From: an uncultured Methylomirabilota bacterium
GTDB taxonomy: Bacteria; Methylomirabilota; Methylomirabilia; Methylomirabilales; 2-02-FULL-66-22
Reading direction: 5' to 3'
Length of the DNA: 64,000 nt
Assembly (NCBI GenBank): GCA_963845565.1
Contig: CAWJSJ010000002.1
Coordinates: 1,248,001 to 1,312,000, forward strand
Shown: piece after piece, positions 57,311 to 64,000 of the stretch
Layout: the number at the start of each line of letters is the position of its first letter
Numbering within the stretch: position 1 is the stretch's first letter
The notes under the pieces: generated by a model
Told to the model about the DNA's origin: nothing
Seen by the model: the letters and a program-made list of their open reading frames with translations, nothing else
Databases searched by the model: none
Translations under genes and position numbers: made by a program

Positions 57311-58708
57311 TCATTCACTCACCCGGAACGAGCGCTGCGAAGACGGCGGTGCCAGCCGTTCGATGACCCGCATTTCCTTCCATTGTCCTCCCCGGAACCG
57401 GAGATAGAACGACACGCCGAGGAGCGAGACATAGGCCGTGGCGATGGTCCACCCGATCAAGATGCCTCCGCCGAACCCCTCGATAGCGATATACGTCGGC
57501 AGAATCAGCACACCGCCGGAGAGCCCAGCCATCATCAACATGACAAATCGGGTATCACCGGCGCCTTTGAGGGCGGCGGCGTAGACGATCGACAGGACGT
57601 CGAACAAGGAATATAGCGCGACGAACCGGAGGAGCACCGTCGCCAGGCTGCGGATCTCGTCGAAGCTTCCGGGATCGGCCCACAGGGCGTACGGCGCCAG
57701 GAAGACGCCGGGTGCCAGCACGTACAGGAGGGCGACGACCCCCATGTACAACACCGTGATCCGTAGGCCGGAGGTCACGCATCGCTCTGCGAGGCGCGGG
57801 TTCTCTCGACCCAGGTGCTGTCCGACGAGAATCGTGATGGCCATACCCAGGCCCATCATGGGCATGAACGCCAAAGTGTTGATGTTGAACGCAATGTTGG
57901 TGGCCGCCAAACTCGCGGTGCCCAGGCGCCCGACGATCAGGAGGAAGATAGTGAATCCGGCGAGATCCACGAAGAACTGGACACCGCTGGGAAGGCCGAA
58001 GCGGAGGATGCGGGAGAACAACGCCGGATCGAATCGCCAGCCCCGTATAACGTGGAAGCGGCGGTCCTGGTTCTGGCGAAACATGAGCCCGCCGTATACC
58101 AGGAGAGCGGCGACCATTGAGAGGTTGGTGGCGATCGCAGCGCCTCCGATCCCCATCTCCGGGAATGGGCCGGCGCCGAAGATCAACAGATAATCGAGGA
58201 CGATGTTGACGGCAGTGGCGACCAGGTTGGCCCACATGACCGGCCATGTCTCGCCGCGTCCGGAGAAGAAGCCGCTCAGCGCGGAGGCGGCGATGGCCGG
58301 GAACGCCCCCAGGCAGAGGACGTGGAAGTAGATCACTTCATGGCCCTGGATCTCAGGATCGTGTCCGATGAGTCGGAAGAACGGTCCGGCGAGAGGGATG
58401 AGGAGCACCATGAAGATCGTGCCGGCCAGCGCGACATAGAGACCCTGCCACACGGTCGGGCCGATCCGCTCATCCCGCCCCGCTCCGATGTACTGCGCGA
58501 CGAAGGTGCTCACGTAGCCCGCCGTTCCGATGAAAAGGCTCATCAGGGTGTAGTTCAGGATGCCGGCGGGCGTCGAGGCGGCAAGGGCCACGGGGGAGTA
58601 CCAGGCGAGAAAAATACGATCCACGAAATGCTGGAGTGACCACGAGCCGGTACTCAGGATCAACGGGAACGCGATGAGCAGGATCTGCCGGTAGCCACCC
58701 TCGGCCAT
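57311..58708 (-). CDS. MATE family efflux transporter
   Basis: IAFPLIL...VDRIF, AQYIGA, GLPSG, LKGAGDT. Confidence 0.92.
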   Translation of the reverse strand: MAEGGYRQILLIAFPLILSTGSWSLQHFVDRIFLAWYSPVALAASTPAGILNYTLMSLFIGTAGYVSTFVAQYIGAGRDERIGPTVWQGLYVALAGTIFMVLLIPLAGPFFRLIGHDPEIQGHEVIYFHVLCLGAFPAIAASALSGFFSGRGETWPVMWANLVATAVNIVLDYLLIFGAGPFPEMGIGGAAIATNLSMVAALLVYGGLMFRQNQDRRFHVIRGWRFDPALFSRILRFGLPSGVQFFVDLAGFTIFLLIVGRLGTASLAATNIAFNINTLAFMPMMGLGMAITILVGQHLGRENPRLAERCVTSGLRITVLYMGVVALLYVLAPGVFLAPYALWADPGSFDEIRSLATVLLRFVALYSLFDVLSIVYAAALKGAGDTRFVMLMMAGLSGGVLILPTYIAIEGFGGGILIGWTIATAYVSLLGVSFYLRFRGGQWKEMRVIERLAPPSSQRSFRVSE

Positions 58709-58938
58709 CCGGGGACCACTCTGGGTTGTCTGCAAGCTCTCCGTCAATGGTCGACTCCGAGCCCGGATCGGTCGTGCCGCGACCGTTCGGCGGCGCGTGG
58801 ACGCTGCGTTCTCCTGACCCGGGTAAAGCATTGTACCATGCGTTCTCGGGCAGCTCGAAGCCTACTTCCGCGCAAGCGCGCATACGCGGTTGCGTAGAGG
58901 CACTGATGGGTTATACTAAAGTTTGGGGAGGGGGAAGA

Positions 58939-59970
58939 ATGTCCGCCAATACCGCCACCGTCGCGCCCGAGGCGCCCGGGACGAACTTGCTTCGCGCGCT
59001 TTCGAAGTACGAGCGACCAAATCTCCGAAAAGCCGTCTGGCAACTCGTCAATACCCTTACGCCCTACGTCGCGCTCTGGGCGCTGATGGCTTATCTGGTG
59101 CGCCAGGGGTATTCCTACTGGTTTACTCTGGCGTTGGCCGTAGTGGCAGCGGCACTGCTCGTCCGCATCTTCATCGTCTTCCACGATTGCGGTCACGGCT
59201 CCTTCTTTGTGTCCCGTCGCGCGAACCGGATTGTGGGCTACCTTACGGGCATCCTGACCTGCACGCCCTACGAGGATTGGCGTCACGTCCACGCGGCGCA
59301 TCACGCCACGACGGGGGACCTGGATCGCCGAGGCAAAGGGGACGTATGGACGCTGACGGTCAGGGAGTATCTGGCGGCGCCGAAACTCACGCAATTGGCC
59401 TACCGGTTCATCCGGAATCGCTTCGTCCTGTTGGGGTTGGTTCCGGCGTGCCTGTCCGTGGTCAAGCAGCGGTTTCCTCACCCCGGGGCCGGGAGGCGTG
59501 AGCGCAACAGTGTGACCTTCACGAACGTGGCGGTCCTGGCGATCTTGGCACTGGCCACGCTGACGATCGGTCTTGGCACGTTTGTCTTGGTTCAGCTGCC
59601 CATCACGCTGATCGCGGGGACGGTTGGGGTGTGGTTATTCTATGTCCAGCACCAGTACGAGGGGGTGTATTGGGCCCGCCATGCGGACTGGGACCCGATG
59701 CGGGCGGCGTTGGAGGGGAGTTCGTACTACCAGCTGCCGCGGGTCCTGCAGTGGGCCACGGGCAATATCGGCTTGCACCACATCCATCATATCCGCCCGC
59801 GTATTCCCAACTACAACCTGCAGCAGTGCTACGACGATCTGCCGGCCATGCGGGCGGTGACGCCGCTGACGATCCGCGGAAGTCTCAAATCGCTCCGGAT
59901 GAACCTTTGGGACGAAGACGCGAAGGAGTTAGTGAGCTTTCGATCCGCGAGGAAGCGCCTGAGACCGTAG
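58939..59970 (+). CDS. Membrane fatty acid desaturase
   Basis: His boxes HDCGH, HAAHH, HHIHH; LFYVQHQ. Confidence 0.92.
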   Translation: MSANTATVAPEAPGTNLLRALSKYERPNLRKAVWQLVNTLTPYVALWALMAYLVRQGYSYWFTLALAVVAAALLVRIFIVFHDCGHGSFFVSRRANRIVGYLTGILTCTPYEDWRHVHAAHHATTGDLDRRGKGDVWTLTVREYLAAPKLTQLAYRFIRNRFVLLGLVPACLSVVKQRFPHPGAGRRERNSVTFTNVAVLAILALATLTIGLGTFVLVQLPITLIAGTVGVWLFYVQHQYEGVYWARHADWDPMRAALEGSSYYQLPRVLQWATGNIGLHHIHHIRPRIPNYNLQQCYDDLPAMRAVTPLTIRGSLKSLRMNLWDEDAKELVSFRSARKRLRP

Positions 59971-60091
59971 ATCGCGGGTACGGGCGGCCCGACACACGGC
60001 CCGGTTCGCGGCGGAAACCGTAGAGCCCCGAGGGGACGATGACACGACCTCGGGGCTTGGTGTTTTTCGGCGTGACGCGGACTCAGCCGAC

Positions 60092-61213
60092 CTAGCCCGC
60101 GCCCATGAGGGCAAGGATCACGCCGCCCGCCACCACGCTGGCGACCTGGCCGGCGGCGTTGGCGCCCATGGCGTGCATGAGGAGGAAATTCTCGAAGTCC
60201 TCCTCCTGTCCGACCCGCTGCACCACCCGCGCCGCCATCGGGAACGCGCTGATCCCCGCCGCGCCGATCAGTGGATTGAGTCCCCCGCGACTGACCCAAT
60301 TCAACCCCTTTGCGAACAGCAATCCCGCCGCCGTATCCAGCCCGAACGCCAGAATTCCCAGGACCAGGATCTTCAGGGTCTCCACCTTGAGGAAGAACTG
60401 CGCTTGCATGGTGGAGCCGATGGCCAACCCCAGAAACAGCGTCACGATGTTGGCGATCTCCTGGGCGGAGGCTTTGGTGAGCCGCTCTACCGCGCCGGAC
60501 TCCCGCATCAGATTGCCCAGCATCAGCATCCCGATGAGGGGCGTCGCGAAGGGCACCAGGATTCCGACGACCAGGGTCACGACGAGAGGGAACAAGATAC
60601 GGGTCCGGCGACTGATGACCCGCTGACTGTAGGGCATGCGGATCCGCCGCTCCTTCTTGGAGGTCAACAGACGCATGATGGGCGGCTGGATGATGGGCAC
60701 CAGGGACATGTAGCTGTATGCGCAGACGGTGATAGGGCCGAGCAGGTGCGGGGCCAGGATGTTACTCACGTAGATGGAGGTTGGCCCGTCGATGGCCCCG
60801 ATGATGCCGATGGACGCCGCCTCTTTGAGGTTGAACCCGAGGAACAGGGCCAGCATCAGCGTCCCGAAGATCCCGAACTGGCCCGCCGCCCCGATGAGCA
60901 CCATGCGCGGGTTCTCCAGCAGCGGCCCGAAGTCGGTGAGCGCGCCGATACCGATGAAAATGAGGAGGGGATACAGCTCGTTGTCCACGCCAAATTTCCC
61001 GAGCAGGGTAAGCAGGCCGCCTTCCGCCACGAGGGGAGAGAGGGGCAGGTTCGCCAGGATACAGCCCGCCCCGATGGGCAGGAGCAGCATCGGCTCGTAA
61101 TCCTTCTCGATGGCGAGATACAGCAGCACCCCGCCGACCCCGATCATCAGCAGGGCGCCCGGGGTGACATTCAGGAGGCCCTGGGAGAGGCGGGCAACGG
61201 CGGAGGCGTCCAT
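60092..61213 (-). CDS. Na+-translocating decarboxylase beta subunit (OadB/MmdB)
   Basis: EPMLLLPIG.G, TDFGPL, IIGAIDGPT, YSYMSLVPIIQP, SAFPMAAR. Confidence 0.95.
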   Translation of the reverse strand: MDASAVARLSQGLLNVTPGALLMIGVGGVLLYLAIEKDYEPMLLLPIGAGCILANLPLSPLVAEGGLLTLLGKFGVDNELYPLLIFIGIGALTDFGPLLENPRMVLIGAAGQFGIFGTLMLALFLGFNLKEAASIGIIGAIDGPTSIYVSNILAPHLLGPITVCAYSYMSLVPIIQPPIMRLLTSKKERRIRMPYSQRVISRRTRILFPLVVTLVVGILVPFATPLIGMLMLGNLMRESGAVERLTKASAQEIANIVTLFLGLAIGSTMQAQFFLKVETLKILVLGILAFGLDTAAGLLFAKGLNWVSRGGLNPLIGAAGISAFPMAARVVQRVGQEEDFENFLLMHAMGANAAGQVASVVAGGVILALMGAG

Positions 61214-61214
61214 G

Positions 61215-61715
61215 TCACTCCTCCCCCAATTGCACCAGAAGGTCGCCATGGGCGACCGTCTGGTCGGGCCGCACCCTGATCTCCAGTACCACGCCGTCGT
61301 ACGGGGATTTAATGGCGTTCTTCATCTTCATGGCTTCCAGAATGACCAGCGTCTGACCCCGGCTGACCCGGTCGCCGTGACGCACCTCGACCGACAGAAT
61401 CTTGCCGGGCATGGGGGCGGTCAGGGCGCCCACGACGTGGCCGTCGGTCGAGGTGCGCATCAAGGGGGGTGACGCGATCGTCGGTTCCGACGCGGACGGA
61501 ACGGCGACCCGGACCGCAGGGGCTGCCGCCGCGGTGTGGTTCGCGCGGGCGGGGACCATTGCGGGGGTGATCAACGCCTCAGCCAGATCCTCGTCGCTGG
61601 AGAGGCGCACCTCATACTCCTCTCCTCCCACCTGGACCGTGAATCGGTCCGCCGTGACCTCCTGCACATCAATAACATACGGCTTGCCGCCTACCTCCAG
61701 GGTGTACCGGCGCAT
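61215..61715 (-). CDS. Biotin carboxyl carrier subunit
   Basis: APMPG...EAMKMKN; Ala/Pro-rich linker. Confidence 0.93.
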   Translation of the reverse strand: MRRYTLEVGGKPYVIDVQEVTADRFTVQVGGEEYEVRLSSDEDLAEALITPAMVPARANHTAAAAPAVRVAVPSASEPTIASPPLMRTSTDGHVVGALTAPMPGKILSVEVRHGDRVSRGQTLVILEAMKMKNAIKSPYDGVVLEIRVRPDQTVAHGDLLVQLGEE

Positions 61716-61827
61716 GGCGCGTCTCCCTTATGACTTGCCGGACGACGAACACAACCGCAGGACGCCCACTGGCCCGGGCACGCGTCGGTTGACGCTCCGA
61801 GCCGGAACTGGTGCCGCCCCTTCGCCC

Positions 61828-62196
61828 CTACCGCTTGCCCGGACGCCAACTTTGCGTCTGTTGGTGGCGCCCCGCCGAGACCCAGCGGCTGGCGAAGAGA
61901 ATGCTCCCCGGCCAATGGCTTCGCATGGATGGGGCCGCCTGCTTTCTCAGGACCGATTGATGGGTGAGCACCGCGACGCCGATCGCGGCGAACAGTTCCG
62001 GCGCCATCCCGCGGGGGGTCGCGGCGACGGGCCGATCGATGGGCCCGCTCTCGGTGATATCGTCCGGCGGCGGCTCGCGGTCCAAGCGGAGCAGCACGGT
62101 CAGGAGGCCCCAGAGGAGGGCCAGGAGAAGGAAGACCAGGCCCATCCCCAGGATACTGATGTTGACTCCGGTCATCAGGCTTTCTGTGAGTGCCAT
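61828..62196 (-). CDS. OadG/MmdD family membrane anchor subunit
   Basis: LGMGLVF.LL.LL TM helix; AAI..AV; W...GR. Confidence 0.85.
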   Translation of the reverse strand: MALTESLMTGVNISILGMGLVFLLLALLWGLLTVLLRLDREPPPDDITESGPIDRPVAATPRGMAPELFAAIGVAVLTHQSVLRKQAAPSMRSHWPGSILFASRWVSAGRHQQTQSWRPGKR

Positions 62197-62259
62197 GGAC
62201 ACCCCGTTCCGAACTGCAGTGGCGCCGGGTGGGTACGCAACGCCCGGCCACCCGCGCGG

Positions 62260-63804
62260 CTACACCGGCATCAGGCCGTGTTTCTTGGTCGGATTCTGCT
62301 GCACCTTGGTGCGCAATACCTCCAGGGCGCGGATCAGGCGCGGCCGGGTCTCGCGCGGCTCGATCACCTCGTCGATCTGGCCAAGATCCGCCGCCCGGAA
62401 CGGATTGAAGAACATCTCGCGGTAATGCTCGATATACTTCCGCTCCAGCGCGGCCGGATCGTCCGCCTTGGACAGCTCCTGCCGGTACAGGATGCGAACC
62501 GCGCCTTCCGCGCCCATCACGGCGATCTGCGCGGTGGGCCAGGCGTAGGCGAGGTCGTTCCGCATCTGCTTGGAGCTCATGGCGACGTAGGAGCCGCCCA
62601 TCGCCTTCCGGGTGACGATCGAAATCTTCGGGACCGTGGCCTCGGTGTACGCGTAGATGATCTTGGCCCCGTGTCGGATGACCCCGTGGTACTCCTGGTC
62701 CACGCCGGGCAGGAAGCCGGGGCAGTCCACGAAGGTGATCAGCGGGATGCTGTAGGCATCGCAGATCCGGATGAAGCGCGAGATCTTGTCGCTGGCATCG
62801 ATGTCCAGCGCGCCGGCCATGTGGGCGGGCTGGTTGGCCACGATCCCTACGGAATAGCCGTCCAGGCGCGCGAAACCGACCACCGCGTTCGGGGCGTAAC
62901 AGGAGTGCACCTCCAGAAAGCTGTCGCGGTCGAAAACGGCGTCGATCACGAGGTGCATGTCGTAGGCTTCGCTTTCGCTGGCGGGCACCACGCTGTTCAG
63001 GGACTCCTCCATGCGGTCAGGTGGATCATAGGGCGCCACCTGGGGTGGGTCCTCGGTGTTGTTCTGGGGCAGGTAACTCAGCAGCAATTTCGCCATGGAG
63101 ATGGCGGCCTGCTCGTTGGCGGCGAGAAAGTGCGCCACGCCGCTCCGGCAGTTGTGGATCAGCGGGCCGCCCAGGTTGGCGACGCTCACGTCCTCGCCGG
63201 TCACCGCCTTGATCACCTCGGGCCCGGTCAAGAACATGAAGCTGGTGTCGCGGGTCATGATGACGAAATCGGTGAGCGCCGGAGAATAGACCGCACCGCC
63301 CGCGCAGGGGCCGAGCATCACCGAGATCTGCGGGACCACACCTGACGCCAGGACATTGCGCTGGAAGACCTCGCCGTACGCCGCCAGGCTCCGGACGCCC
63401 TCCTGGATGCGAGCGCCGCCCGAGTCGTTCAGGCCGATGAGGGGGATGCCGCTTTCCAGGGCCAGATCCTGGATCCGGCAGATCTTGTGCGATTGGACCT
63501 CGGAGAACGAGCCGCCCATCACCGTGAAGTCCTGGGCGAACACCGCCACCCGGCGCCCGTTGATCTTCCCCAGACCGGTGACGATCCCGTCGCCCGGATA
63601 GCGTTGATCCGCCATCCCGAAGTCGGTGATGTTATGGGTAGCCAGGGCGCCGAACTCCTGGAAGGAGTCCTCGTCCAGGAGGAACGCCAACCGCTCCCGG
63701 GCGGTGAGCTTCCCCCGCTCGTGTTGCTGCTCGATCCGCTTGGGACCGCCGCCCTTCAGGGCTTTTTCACGGAGCGCGCGTAACGTAGACAGATAGTCAC
63801 TCAT
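62260..63804 (-). CDS. Acyl-CoA carboxyltransferase (methylmalonyl-CoA decarboxylase alpha-like)
   Basis: GKLTARER, DSGGARIQEG, CAGGAVYSPA, DCPGFLPG, KKHGLMP. Confidence 0.93.
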   Translation of the reverse strand: MSDYLSTLRALREKALKGGGPKRIEQQHERGKLTARERLAFLLDEDSFQEFGALATHNITDFGMADQRYPGDGIVTGLGKINGRRVAVFAQDFTVMGGSFSEVQSHKICRIQDLALESGIPLIGLNDSGGARIQEGVRSLAAYGEVFQRNVLASGVVPQISVMLGPCAGGAVYSPALTDFVIMTRDTSFMFLTGPEVIKAVTGEDVSVANLGGPLIHNCRSGVAHFLAANEQAAISMAKLLLSYLPQNNTEDPPQVAPYDPPDRMEESLNSVVPASESEAYDMHLVIDAVFDRDSFLEVHSCYAPNAVVGFARLDGYSVGIVANQPAHMAGALDIDASDKISRFIRICDAYSIPLITFVDCPGFLPGVDQEYHGVIRHGAKIIYAYTEATVPKISIVTRKAMGGSYVAMSSKQMRNDLAYAWPTAQIAVMGAEGAVRILYRQELSKADDPAALERKYIEHYREMFFNPFRAADLGQIDEVIEPRETRPRLIRALEVLRTKVQQNPTKKHGLMPV

Positions 63805-63846
63805 GGGTCAGCTCCACTCTATTCCCTCCGCTCGGCAGGCTCCGTG

Positions 63847-64000
63847 TCATGCCTGCCCGGCCAGGGCCACGGTTGCCAACAGGATGTTCTTGACCCCCGT
63901 CGGGATCGGCCCGGTCTCGATGTACTCGTCCAGTCGGTGCTCGTTGGCCCCCTCGGTAATCGCGATGCAGACGCCGGGGAGTCCGACGCCGAGCGCCGCA
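63847..64000 (-). CDS. C-terminus of a probable M20-family peptidase (partial, runs off the window)
   Basis: GLPGVCIAITEGANEHRLDEYIE. Confidence 0.6.
   Translation of the reverse strand, partial: AALGVGLPGVCIAITEGANEHRLDEYIETGPIPTGVKNILLATVALAGQA

Noticed and set aside
1..64000. tRNA, rRNA or prophage
   Set aside because: No cloverleaf, rRNA-like or phage structural gene signatures recognised.

Overview
GC-rich bacterial window, probably from an uncultured anaerobic or facultative lineage; taxonomy cannot be fixed from the sequence alone. The housekeeping and catabolic backbone holds: tctA/FAH/NIPSNAP; a LarA-like + korDABC + sucCD-like + tctC operon; a corrinoid/UroD/DUF1638 methyl-transfer cluster; tdh-kbl; uxuB-like/HAD/gnd/pfp; iorAB-paaK-MFS-ACT; a MATE transporter; a desaturase; and a Na+-pumping acyl-CoA decarboxylase. 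Two accessory islands (~3.0-15.7 kb and ~53.6-57.3 kb) are mosaics of truncated and intact genes. Both are punctuated by seven co-oriented, strongly diverged copies (two partial) of one element end, with the layout TTGACA-N18-GATACT promoter, then 100-125 nt of GC-rich hairpins, then CGCGCCGnCnCCAAAAGCnAATTCCTwTCAC. One copy follows an IS91-family transposase C-terminus and another is fused to its N-terminus. The islands therefore look like stacks of promoter-bearing rolling-circle (HUH) modules, possibly expressing a small RNA. Their cargo includes a truncated ladderane-type type II FAS cluster, two toxin-antitoxin pairs with internally deleted toxins, RAYT remnants and a single YD repeat. 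Also noted: periodic 7-9-nt inverted repeats between operon genes, a candidate pseudoknotted ncRNA, and +1 frameshifts in gnd and an ACT gene. No rRNA, tRNA or CRISPR array was seen.
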